This document shows positions 13,401-26,914 of a DNA stretch of 64,000 nucleotides, one piece after another. Both the position numbers and the translations under genes were made by a program. This DNA comes from Elsinoe ampelina (taxonomy: Eukaryota), in the NCBI GenBank assembly GCA_010093995.1, contig ML992513.1, positions 803,203-867,202 of the forward strand, in the 5' to 3' direction. The stretch's first letter is position 1; each line of letters begins with the position of its first letter. Below the pieces are notes generated by a model. It did not search any database and was not told the DNA's origin. It saw only the letters and a program-made list of their open reading frames with translations.

Positions 13401-16400
13401 TCTTCTCTATTTCCCCTCTATTATCTTAATCTTAGACAGATTAGTAGAGGTAGTATAAAGCGTAAAAGACTAGTTACTTAGTACATTAAGTAGAACATAA
13501 TTAAGATATCTACTATAGATTTATTTCTATAATTACATAATAGCTGCTATTTATTAGCTATAAATAACTAAACAACTTTAGTTTTATTAATTGTTCCTTC
13601 TAAGGCTAAGCTAGCCTTATTAACTATATTAACTTAAAGGTTATTAACCTCCGGAACTTAACCTTTATCTATTTATTTAATTTTCATTCTCTACTATAGA
13701 TATATTATTAATTAGAAAGCCTATAGCTAAACTTAGCTATAAAAACTACAAGCACTAGTTTAGTATAATAAAATTATAGCTTAAGATAAAAGAAGTTACT
13801 TATATTCTTAATAATAACATAGCTAATCTTAATCTACTATTATTATTAATAGCTTCTTTATTAAATATACTATTCTCCTTAACTACCTCTATACTAATTG
13901 CTTAGTTCTAGTATTTACTATAGACTAGAAAGGCTAATACTCTTTATCTATACTAGATTAAGCTTTATATTAACTATAAGAACAACCTTCTTATCTAAGG
14001 TAAGATAAGAGTAAAGTAGGCATAGAATATACTTAAGGCTAAATACACTAAGAGGCTTATATCTATAGGTAGGTAGCTTATAAAGGAGTTCTCTAACTAT
14101 ACTATATTAGAGGAGACCTCTATTATAGAAGCCTAAGTATATCTAACTTAGCTAGTAAGGAGAATTATCTATATTATACCTAAAGCTAGGTAAATAGAAC
14201 TCTCTATTACTAAGCTATAATAACTCCTTAGTGCTCTCCTAGAATCTTAGTAATCTATTAGAGATAGTATTAATGTCTAGCCTAGGCTAGATATTAAAAC
14301 TATTCTAAGTATTCTAAGAGAGAAAGAGAATTAGAAGAAGAAGCTAGATATAGTAATATTTATAAGAGGTAGACTATAATAAAGAACTAGTAGAAGCTTA
14401 AGCTATATATATATCTTATATAAGAAACCTAGATATACTATTTCTAGGTGTCCTTATCTCTAATAAGCTAAGAAGTATATCTAGCTATTCTATAGAGTTA
14501 CTAAAAGAAGTAGCTCTATAAGGAAATAGTTGCCTAAACGTTAGGAACTAATTAGACTTATAAGATAGCTTACTAAGAGAATAGACTCTCTTAAAGTAGC
14601 TAAGTTAAAGAGGAAAGGTAAAGCTTATCTAGCTACTAAAGAAGGTCTACTATTAATATCTCTATCTCTACTACTAGAAGTCCTTTCTAGTAATAAAGAG
14701 CTTAAGACTATAGGTTCTACATTAGAGGTTTAAGGTAAGCTTCTATACTATTAGTAAATACTTAACTCTAGAGTATCTAACTATATAATAGATAAGCTAA
14801 CTCTCTTTAGAGGCCTATTAAGCAAGATTTATACTTAATAGATCTAGGTTAGGGAGAGTTACCTTTAGTTATAGTTAATAGGAACTATAGTTATTAAGAC
14901 TAAGAAGAGAAATAAGATAAAGATATAAGCTCTTTATATACCTAATCTTAGTATTAATTTAGTCTCCTATTATAAGCTATACTCGGATTTAAGAGTTTCT
15001 AGAGTTCTTAATTTAAATTCTTTTCTTGTCCTTAATTAGTAGAAGCAACTATTACTTAAAGCTAGAATTTGAAAGGGGGTATATATTATCTAATTCCTCT
15101 TTAAGTAATTAGCTAATTAAAAGCTATATTCTAGATCTAAGCCTAGCTTAATTCTAGATCTAGCTAATTAGAATTTAGTATTCCTTACTACCTAGCTTAT
15201 AATTATATTATAGACTAAGTATGTATATCTAACCTAGAATAAGTAATAAGAGAATCTTATTAACTTAGGACCTAACAACTCTAAGATAGAGTATTAGCTC
15301 TAGTATAGGAGATTTGCTTACCTTAGAATTAAGAAGCTTAAAGATCTTTATAAGGTTATAACTCTTAAGAAACCTATTAACCTAAACTATAATCTGTCTA
15401 TCCTATATAAGGTCTATTCCCTTACTAAAATAAGAAACAGAAGAGGTAAAACCTTATAAAAAAGACTAAAGGTTCTTTAGCTTATCTATATAGATATCTA
15501 TAGCCTAATTAAAGCAAGTAGGGAAGGATTTAGATACTTCTTAGAGCTTATAGATAGCTACTTAAGAATAACATAGATTAGTCTACTTAAGACAAGAGAT
15601 AAAGTCTTATAAAGGCTTATTAAGTAGAAGCTAAGAGTTAAGAAGGAAAGTAATGCTAAGGTTAAGGTTACTAGATTAGATAATGCTAGTAAACTTAATA
15701 AAATTCTAAAGTAGTAAGAGTGCTAAGAAGGCATCTATTACACAACTACTAAGCTATATAATTTAATTTAGAATAGACTAGTAGAGAAAGGTATCTAAAC
15801 CTTAGAGAATAGTATAAAAGCAATACTTAAAGACTTAAGGATACTAAATAAGTTCTAGCCTAAAGTAGTTTAGGTAGATATATATCTAAGGAATAGGATA
15901 GTAACTAGACCTATAATTAATAATAAGCAAGTTACACCTATTAAGGCCTATATAAGTATTAAGCTATTAGTTAATTATATTAGGGTCTAGAGCTATAAGG
16001 TATATATCTATATAAACCTAAAGTTCTTTTCTATATATAGAAGAAAAGATAAGCTTATAGATAGAGAGAGAGTAGAAGTATTTCTTAGCTATATAGATAG
16101 AACTAATAAGATATATAAGATATAGGCACCTAATAGAAAGATAGTAATTATATTACTAAATGTTAAATTCTTTAAGTTTAAGAAAGGTAGTAACGTTAAT
16201 CTTAGTATTAGGATTAATACTATAAGTAATTAAGCACTAGTTAGGAGACTAGTTAGTAGACTAACTTAGATTTAGACTAAGGTTAGATCTAGGATAGACT
16301 AACTAAATTAGCCTATTTAGAATAAAGCACCTACAAGGAGAATCTTCTTATATATTAAAATCCTAAGAGTTAACCCTATTAACCTTATAGATTTCTAACG

Positions 16401-19400
16401 TAAAGAAGAGCTAATAGTTTAATCTTTACTAACTAACTATATAAGTTAATCACTTAAGAGATTAAGAGATAATAACTCTAATAATAAAGGCCCTAAAGCT
16501 AAGCACTATAGAGCTTTTATTACTAAGTATATTAATTAGTAAGATAAGGTTAATAAGATTACTATAATAGCCTCTATTAAGTAACATGTCCTAATCCTAA
16601 GGGACTACTATAAGGCTATTACTAATCTAGTATAGGGAAGTAAATAGTAGAAAGTAATTAATATAGAGCTTAATACTCTATACTTAAATAATATATAGAA
16701 AGAGGTTATTCCTCTAAAGGGATTTAACTTAGTAATATCTAAATAGGTCTTTAATGTTAAGTATAATATAGATAGCTCTATTAAAAAGTTTAAGGCTAGA
16801 CTAGTTACTAGAGGCTTCTTATAGAAGTATAGTATTAACTATAAAGACATATTTGTACTAATAGTTAAAGTAGATATACTTAGGCTATTCTTCGCTATTG
16901 TTTATATACGTTACCTTAAGTATTACTAGGTAGATATTAATAATACCTTTATAGAGTTCTTTCTTTATAAAAGAATTTATATAAGGCTACTACCTAGACT
17001 AAAGGTTAGTCCTAGATTTGCCTTCCGGATTCTAAGGAGCTTATATAGACTTAAGTAAGCTACTAGAGACTAGAACTAGTACTATATCTCTAAGCTCCTA
17101 AAGCTAAGCTTTACTTAGAGCGAAGTAGACCCCTATCTTCTTATATACTATAATAAGAAGATTATTCTCTTAGTTTATGTTAATAATATACTATTTATAG
17201 CATAAAGCAAGAAGAACATCTAGTAGTTTAAGTAAGAACTTAGTAAGATCTTTAAGATTAAAGATCTTAGTAAGGTTAATAAAGTTCTTAGGGTTAAGGT
17301 TATAAGGGATAGATAATAAAGCACCTTAAGACTTAATTAAACCTACTATGTAGATAATATGCTATAGAGGCTTAATATAACCTTTAATAAGGTTACTCTA
17401 ATAAAGTAGCTAATAGATAATAAGCTCCCTTAAAGAGCTTAGAAAGATAATATAAGGTTTAGTAGAACTAAGTACTTATATACTATTAGAAGCTAGATAT
17501 ACCTTAGTACTCTAATAAGGCTAGATACTACCTTTACCTTAGAAAGGCTAAGTTAGTTTATAGCAGATCTAATAGATAGTTATACTATTAAAATAAAGAG
17601 AATATTAAGATATATTAGATTAACTAAAGATCTTAGTATTATATTTAGGAGGAATAGGAATAAGACTCTTAAGGGATACTCTAATTTAGACTATACCTTA
17701 GACAAGTTAGATAAGATCTCTATTCTTAGATATGTCTTTATACTTATAAGTAGTTCTATTAGCTAGATAAGTAGGAAGTAGAAGTCTGTTTTAACCTCTA
17801 CTATAGAGGCTAAATATATAGTAATATACTCTTATATAAAGAGATTATAGTTTCTATCTTAGTTACTAAGAGATATAGGCTATTATAAGATAGTTAGGTA
17901 ATTACTATAGAGGCTAACTATAAAGGAATCTTAGAAAGCAATAATAAGATTACTCTTTACTACTAGAATTAATAGTAATAACTAGGTAGCTCTTTTACTT
18001 GTAAAAGAGCTATATACTTATAAAAGAGTAAAGTACATTAATATCGCTTACTACTACATTAGGAGGCTATAGAGAGACTAAAGAATTTAAGTAAAGTTTA
18101 TAAGAATAGTAGATATAGTAGCTAATAGGTTAACTAAGCTATTATAAGGTTAGATCTTTATAAGTTTTATAAAGCAACTTAGCTTATTATTAACCTAATA
18201 GCTTATCTATAGAAGCTAAGTAGGAGTATTAAGAATATAGCTCTCTCTAGATAATTAGGCTATAAAGTTATATAACCTTAAGTTATATAATACTAAGGCC
18301 TAGAGATTTATAGCTATTCTTTCTTCTAGTAGATAGACTTCTTAATTAATTAACTTGTCTATTACCTAATTAGTGTATAATTAGTTCTATATAATATTCT
18401 ACTCCTAAATATGCCTTCTACTTAACAAAAGTTATAATTTATAAATCTCTACTATACTATAGAGATATTAGTAAGGCTAAATAGTATTACTAGCTACTTA
18501 AAGTTACTTATATACGTAGAGAACATAGTAAGGTCTTTACTATTAACAAAGTTATAAAGGTAGTAAAAGGCTTAATAGATGTTAATCTTACTAAACTATT
18601 TAGCTTTACTTACGTACGTAAGTGTCTCCTTAATAAGAGATAGTAGATAAATATCTTACTTAGTTACTTTATTAAGACTATAGTAATTAACGTAGAGGTA
18701 AAGCTCTCTACCTAGCTTATAAATAAAAAGAATAGGTAAGGAATAGCTAGTAGAGCTTAGTATAATAAAGCCTTTTTCGAGGTACTTATAGATAAACTAT
18801 TCTACTATATTAAGCTCTTCTAGTAATAGGTAGTATAGAGGTTTAGTATATAGTAGTTTAGCTCTATCCTTAAGTGTAATTTAATTATTAAAATCTAGCT
18901 AATATTAAGAAAGTATATTAGATTACTTCTTAGAGAAGACATTAGTAAACTCTTATAGTTTCTCTAGGAGTACTACTATAGAGTCTAGTTCTAGCTTAGA
19001 AGCTATTTAGTAGTAATCTTTAATGTTCTTTACTAAGATTATAAATACTTTATTCTTCTAGTATTTAGCTACTAACGTAAAGGTAGTAGTACTAATAAAG
19101 GTAATAGTTAGCTCTTCTTACTTAGTGTTACTTATATAGGTAAGTATATAGAAGAACTTATATATTAACTAAGTACTATAGGAGATTAAATTAAACTCTC
19201 TCTAATTTAGCTTAAAGTTTAACCTAAGAGCTAGTAGTTAATATAGTTTAGTTTGTTCTAACTTAGTAGCTAAGCTAGAACCTAGTTTATAAGTTAAACT
19301 AGAACTAGACTAGTTCTAAACTAGAGTAGTAGCTTTACTAAGTTAGATTCCTAGATCTAAGCTAGGCTTAGATCTAGATTTTAGTCTTTTAATTAGCTAT

Positions 19401-21783
19401 AGTAGCTTCTACTTAATAACGACTAGTATAGAGTCTTCTTTATATATAACTTAGCTATACTTATAGTTAATAGTAGCTCTATTAGCCTTAAGCTAGCTAA
19501 GGCTAAGAATAATATTAAAATAGCTAATATCTATAATATAGAAGGTAGTAAGAGTATTTAGCTTACTAGAGATAGTAGTAGTAAGAGAGACACTATAAGT
19601 AACTTATTCTATTAGAACACTATTATAGGCCTAAAGCTAAATAGAGCTAGCTAGTATTACTAGATAGCTAAAGCTCTTTAGCTTATTAAGGACGTTATAA
19701 TTAACTATAGCGCTAATAAGTATACTAGTATTAATAAAGGCTTAAAGTATAATAGTATAAGAGTAGTTATAGAAGTTATAAATAGTAATAGGAGTTATAA
19801 TAGTAGAGATATAGTAGCTAATAACACTATTTAGTAACTATATACCTCTAGATCTATCTTAAATTACTCTTATTCTACTAGAGAATAGAACTTATTCTCT
19901 AGCTACTTATTTCTCTAGTTAGAGAGGTTAGTAGACTTATAGTCTACTTCGGGGTTAAACTAAGACTAAACTAGATCTAGTTTGTAAGCTAAACTAGTAT
20001 TAACTTAGTTACTTAATTTAGCTAAGTAATTCTAGAGCTACTATATCTCTTTTATAGTACTAATATATATAGAGCATATAGTAGCGTAAGTAGTCGTCTT
20101 AGAGGCGCTAGCTATATACTTAGTAGTAATATAGCTAGGCTTACTATATATATAATAGGTAAGTGTTTAAGTTAAATAGAAAAGTTATAGAGTACCTCTA
20201 GTAGTAGAATAGAAGGTAGCTAGAGTAGTAGATATAAAAGTAAAATAAGATATATAAATTAGTACTATAGTAGTATAGCTTATAGCTAGGCTAGAGTATA
20301 AGGCCTAAGTATACTTAGTAATAAGGTTACTCTACTAGATATTATAGTTAGTAGCGTAGGCCTTTATAATAAAGATAAAGAGGTTATTAGTATTAAAGTT
20401 AATAAGGGCGATATATAATTCGTTAGATATTTTCTAATATAACTAGTAGAGCTATTTATTCTTAGTAATCTTAGTATAAAGAGTATACTTATTAAATTTG
20501 CTAATAAAGAAGTTAAAAGAGATATTATACTAGAAGAGACTAGTAAACTAAGTATATATAGTAGCCTTATAGTTAGAGTTCTTAAAGTACTAGGCTAAGA
20601 TACTAAGAGTAGCTTTAACATTAAGAGTATTATCGCTAGTAGAGTCTATAATAAGAGTATATACTTCGCTAGAAAGACGTAAGTAGAGATAGATAAACTA
20701 AGTAGCCTTATAGAGAAATAGTTAGCGTTAGTATATATCTTATTTTTTATCTAGTACTTAAAAACCTTAAACTATTCTAGAGTACTACTAGAGAAGATAG
20801 TAAAGTCTAGTATCTTTTTAAATAACGTAGTACTATATATAGAGAAAGCTAGTATAGTACGTTTTATCTTAGCTCTTAGCTAGGCTAATTTAGCCTTAAG
20901 TTTACTAATATCTATAAGATAGTATATAGTTTAGATAGTAAGATTATTAGTAGTACTATTAGTAGTATCTAGCTCTATTAGAACGTTATTTAACTAGTTA
21001 TATAGATTAAGAGTATTAGTATATACTAAGTTATATATAGTAACCTATTTATTATAGATAGACTTAATAAAGATAAAGGCCTTATATAGAGTAGTTATAC
21101 TATCTATCTCTTATAGTCTCTTCTTAAGGTTAGTATTACTAAGGTAAATAAGGTTATAGTAGACTAACTAGACTAGTTTATTATTATTATTAGTAGAAGG
21201 TAAAGAGATCTTACTTATATAGTAATTGTTATTACTATAGTTAGAGCGAGCTATACTTAGTATAGTTAGTTATAAATAGATAGTATAAAAAGTTAATATA
21301 TAATAAAGAAGATATTAAAATTTTTAGCTAGTAGTCTACTTCCTTTAAGAGTTATCTATAACTCGACTTATTATTTTCTTCTTATATTTATAGTTTATAG
21401 TATTAACCTATATAGTAGTAGTAAGAATCTATTATAGTATATATAGGAACTATAGTTATAATAGCTTCTTCTTTAATTCTTTATAAGTAGTAGTTATTAG
21501 TAGTTATATAAGTAGTAGAATAACTAGATAATTTAATAGCTCTATCGCTTAGTCGTAGTTATTTTAAAGTCTCGATATAGTAATTATAGCTAGTAAGATA
21601 AAGAGGTTAATTATATCTATTTATTAAAATATTAAGACTTAGAAGAAGAAGAAGAAAACTAGTATATAAGGTATATATAATATTAAGAGTAAAGTAGTTA
21701 AAAGCCTAAGCTATAATACTAAGATTACGTAACTAATCTAAACTAAATCCTAACTAAATCTAGTTTATATCTATTTTATATTA
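10481..21783 (-). mobile_element. Ty3/Gypsy element E1 (full-length, interrupted by a Copia)
   Basis: 203-bp LTRs at 10481-10683 and 21581-21783, minus-strand PPT at 10684-10697. RT YLDDILI at ~13052-13075, RNase H ~12300-12650, integrase ~11000-11750, degenerate chromodomain-like ~10780-10910, gag ~20000-21400. Flanks TTTAT/TATAT (one mismatch). Confidence 0.9.
13106..18427 (+). mobile_element. Complete Ty1/Copia retrotransposon (RIP-inactivated) inserted in the RT of E1
   Basis: 201-bp LTRs at 13106-13306 and 18227-18427, perfect TSD AAAGT, PBS GGTTATAAGCC (RIPped GGTTATGAGCC) after the 5' LTR. Copia domain order: protease LDSG.SNH (~14761), WHRRFAHL (~15301), integrase (~15480-15950), RT KARLVARGF.Q and VYVDDI (~16790-17190), RNase H (~17670-18140). 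Confidence 0.95.
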
Positions 21784-23773
21784 TATATTAAAAGTTATTA
21801 GAAGTAGTATAATATAGAAATTAAGAAAACTCTAATACTTTAGAGTAACTAGAACTCTAAATATGCCTTATAAGTAATTATAATTATTTCTACCTCTAGA
21901 TCTAAGCCTAGCTTAAATCTAAAATATAATATAAGTTATATATAAAATCTCCTTAGTAGTATAATTAGCTAGAGTATAGAGGCTTCTCTTTATACTCTAT
22001 AGCTTAAAACTATACTAAGAGTTATATAAAAAAGAGATCTTCTATAGTAGAGTACCTAAAGAAAATATAAGTATTACTTCTTATTCTAATAGAAGAATAT
22101 ATTATATATATAATTTTATTTTTAAAAAGAAAAAGAAACTAAGACTTAAATTAGCTAACTACTACTATAATAGATAAGTTTAGAGTAAGCTTATTATTTA
22201 ATAAGTATTAAGATCTACTACCTCTTACCTTAGCTAGTAGTAATAATAACAAGGAAAAGTCTACTAGAATAGATAAGTCTCTTTTATCTACTAAGAAGAA
22301 GAAGAAGACTATAGCTTCTTTTTTAACTTTATTCTTATAGCTACTATTATAACTAACTCTACTACTATTAACGATTAATTAGGTAATATATCTATTTATA
22401 GTATAGGTAATAATACTAGTACTAAATTCTAGCTAGTAGAGAGCTTTCTTCTTTAATAGTTCTAAAGTTACTAAATTTATTAAGGAATAGAATACCTTTA
22501 TAAGTACTTACTAACTATTTAAGAATATTACTATATAATACCTCCTTTAATACTATACTACTAGTGTTTATAAATAGATAAAGTTATATATAGGTTAGGT
22601 AGAATAAGATTAGAAGAGCTTATAAGTAGATATAAAACTTAGCTTTAAGAATATAAATTTAGTCTACCTTATAACTTTATATACTTACCTAGAATACCTT
22701 TAAGATATACTTTAATAGTTCTACTAAGAGATAATATAATACTACTAGATATTTAGAAGAGCTATAGATACTCTTAGTAAGACTAGGCTTAATATTATTA
22801 TAAGAGATACCTAGTTTACTAAAGAACTTCTAGCTTATATCTAGAACTATATCTAAGCTAAGAGTAGAATAGATATTAAGTATCTAAATAGCTTTAAGTA
22901 TTTTAATTATATCTAGAAACTTACTAAGAAAAAGATCTTAGAGATATAATATTTTAAATTCTTTTAGAGTACTTTAGAAGTTTAGTCTAGTATTAAATCT
23001 ACTATAAAGAAGGTATTAATAGAACTCTACTTTACCTAGGCTATACTACTACTAAGCTAAGTAAGTAACGCTTTAGTGTTAAAGATAAGTATATAGAAGC
23101 TAGTTTATAGAATTAAAAAGTTATCTATTTAGCTATTATAGGTAAACTTAGTTACCTCTATATAGATAAGAGTACCTTAACCTACCTAATATACTACTCT
23201 AGTTTCTTATAGCTATTCTATCTCTAGCTCTAGTATTAGTTCTACCTCTATAAACTCTTAAGGTTACTAGTTCTATAAGAAAGAAGATTATTTCTATACT
23301 AGCTACCTAGTAATTATAAACTTAGTAGATTATAGCTTAATCTATTTTTAAGGTATATAGTTATTCTAGAGATTAGTAGAGAATCTAGAGAATCTAATTA
23401 AAAAACTTACCTAATATAATAAGAGAGATATATAGTTTTAAAAAGAATAGATTAAATAGTATTTAATAGTATAAGGTAAGCTCTCTATATAGAACTTAGA
23501 TTACTAGTAACCTAGTATAGAGAATAATTTAGATAAGAAAGCTAATAATTCTATCTAGTATATTAACTTTATACTTAAAGAGTTTTCTTCTCTATAGAAA
23601 GTCTCTATTTTAGTAGTAACTTACTAAGCTACTACTACTACTTAATTAAATAAAGCTAGAGCTCTAGCTATAGGTATATAGAAGCCTAGAATTACTTACT
23701 AGCTATATAGTATAGTAAGATCTCTTTATACTAGTAACTATTAGCTAGTACCTAGTCTATTTAAGGTTATAAT

Positions 23774-23981
23774 TATTAAGTAAAAGGCACGTTTAGGGGT
23801 AGAATATTATATAAAACTAATTTATATACTAGTAAGGTAATAGACAAGTTAATTGTTTTTTATTAAGAAGTCTATCTACTAAAAGAAAAAATAGCTATAA
23901 ATCTCTAAGCCTTAGTATTATATAACTTAAAGTTATATAACTTTATAGCCTAATTATCTAAAGAGAGCTATATTCTTAATA
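23774..23981 (-). repeat. Solo LTR of the same Copia family, inserted in element X
   Basis: Reverse complement of 13106-13306; flanked by 5-bp TSD ATAAT (23769-23773 and 23982-23986). Confidence 0.92.
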
Positions 23982-26442
23982 ATAATTTCTACTAGTGTCT
24001 AAGTAGAATAGAGTTAGTCTATAACTATAGAACTAGAAGAGAATAATAATATAGAAATAAGAGTAGAGGCTAAGACTACTAAACTAGGTAGAGATACTAC
24101 TACTAGGTAGAAGAGAGTACCTAAGACTTATTAGTTTAATAAGGTACTTTAATAGGCTATAGATCCTTAAGATACTATATATTTACTACTAGATTCTAAT
24201 ATTATCTTATATATAGATACTCTCTTTAGAATATTCTAGTCTCTCTTCTATATTCTATATTAAAGGTTTAATAATCTAGATCTACTAGATAACGAGGTTT
24301 CTAAGCTCTTTTACTCTTATTACTTAACTATAAATCTCCTTTAGTAGTCTAAGAAGCTAGTAACTTTTAATAATAGTTAGAAAGTAGAATAATAAGAATT
24401 ATTAGAGAAGCTAGTTACTATTATAAGTCTAAGGATTATTATTAGTCTTAGATATAATACTTATTCTATATATACTCTACTAGATAGTAGTACTAAGTAT
24501 AACCTTATATTAACTAACTTAGCTATAGAACTTAGCCTTCTAGTATAAGAGATTAGTATTAAAATACTTAAAGTAACTAGTACTAGTTTCTTTTTAGAAG
24601 CTTATATAAATATTATAGTAAATATTAGAGGTGTAATAACTAATACTTACTTCTTACTAATAGACTAGAGGTCTAAATATATTATTCTTAAATATTCTTA
24701 TAAGTATAAGGTCTATCTCTTATTCTATAATATAGATAATAGTTCTTAGTAAGGTACTATCTAGTCTAAGAATAGAACCTATAGAGTTACTTTCTAAGGT
24801 ATTAAGTTAAAGAAACTAAAGAACTACTTATTCTATAAGTTACTCTAGGTATTAAGGTCTTTAAATAAGTAAGTAGTATTAGTCCTAGTAAGAGTATTAT
24901 AAGTATAATACTAAAAGAGTTTTCTTTATCTCTAGAGAGTAGTTTAGTTTTAGTATAGACATTTAAGATTAGTAAGTGTATAGTATTAGTAAAATATAAT
25001 CTAAAATATAACCTATAGTTAGGTACTAAAAATATAATATTTACTAAAGAATAAAGAGATAATTAGGTAAAATTAGGTAGCTCTATAGAAGTATCTAAAT
25101 TTAAGCCTAGCTTAGATCTAGGAGCTAGAAAGTTTTACTAGATATTAATATTTACTAAATCTAAACCTAGCTTAGATATAGAAAGTATAAGAAGTATAGA
25201 AGTAACTAAATTACGTTATTAGTTTATTCTCTCTCTAGATAGATATAACTTAGAGTTCTAGACCTTCTAGAAGAATAACTAGTTTTCTCTTCTATTAGCT
25301 ATAAAGCTTAGTCTCTAAAGGTAAGTAGATATAGCTAGAGTAGCTATAAGAACACTCTATAAGTAGAAGAATAAGAAGGTATAGCCTATAGATATAGATA
25401 ATAGTAATAGATCTATACCTAGAGGAAATCTATACTAGTAAAGATACTATCTAGAATAAGAAGTCCTTTTTCTCTTTAAATCTATACTCTTCTATAAATA
25501 CCTTATCTCTAAGTTCTCTAATATTAACTCTAGATTATAGCTAATAGATAAGTACTAAGCTAAGCTAATTCTTAAGGCTAAGGTCTAGCTATAAGAGAAA
25601 GAGTTATTTATATAGATACTACTTAATTATAAGGCTAGTTTAGCTTAGAATTTCTCTAAGATTAGATATATCTAACTTAAGGTAGTACTAATATAGAAGA
25701 TATAGACTATACTATATACTCTATAGTAAGAGTCTAGGTTCTCTATACCTAAGTCTCTAATACCTACTATAGTAAATATAGTAAGGAACTATATATTAAA
25801 TAGGTTAGTAGAGTAGAGCTATATATTATACTATAATCTATAGTTTTTAGTAAAGAAGAAGAATATACTAGTTAAGGAGAAGAAAATAGCTTAATATTAA
25901 ATAGTTAACGTAGTAATATAGATTAATAGAGTTACTATTTAAGACGCTAATCTCTCTCTATTAGTTAATAACTTCTCTAAGTCTTTTATAGGTATATAAG
26001 TTACTTCTCTTATAGACTATTTCTCTAGGTATAACTAAGTTTCTCTAGTAGAAGAAAGTAGAGATATAATATTCTTTATAATACCTCTTAGTCTTATATA
26101 GAACACTACGTTATTATAAGGTACTACTAATTCTATTACTTAGTTCTACTAAGTTAATAATACTATCTTATATAAATATATTCTCTATAATATATAACTC
26201 TTTATAGATAATAATAAAATTAAAAGTCTAAGATTAAACTATAGTAGAGAGGAAACTAAGTCTAGTATCTATTAGTTTATACTTAAATATATCTAAGCTA
26301 TTAACTATACCCTTATAGATATTAAGTAAGTAGAGTATACTATCTTAGGTACTAAATTCTAGTTTCTATAAGTAGACTTAAGTATAGTTAGGTTCTTATA
26401 TAATACTTAAAGAAGGTACTTTAATAGTATAAAGGTAAAGAA

Positions 26443-26914
26443 TAGAGTAGTTTTTAGGTACCTAATATAACCTAACTAGACTCTAGATTTAGCCTAATAG
26501 AGTTATATTACTCTATAAAAATTTTACTTTACTTTCGCATTTCTCGTAATTTACTATATTAATCTTAGCTAAATCTAAGTAATATATATATTATTAGAAT
26601 CTACAAAAAAATGTATACTAAATAATATATAGTATATTTATATAATCTAAAAGCTTAATTTTATATAAGTATTTAAAAAGTTTAGCTTTCTTTCTAAATT
26701 TAGAGTTTTATATTATATAAGTATACTATATACTATTTAGTGTACATTTTTTGTAGATTCTAATAATATATATATTATCTAGATTTAGCTAAAATTAATA
26801 TAGTAAATTACGAGAAATGCAAAAGTAAAGTAAAATTTTTATAGAGTAATATAACTCTATTAGGCTAGATCTAGAGTTTAGTTAAGTTATGTTAGGTACC
26901 TAAAAACTACTCTA
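26443..26914. mobile_element. Non-autonomous long-TIR element (MITE/foldback), hAT-type, inserted in RT of X
   Basis: ~204-bp inverted arms (26443-26646 and 26712-26914) around a ~65-bp spacer; 8-bp TSD GTAAAGAA/GTAGAGAA. Removing it restores KVEKIIKWP in X pol. Confidence 0.92.
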
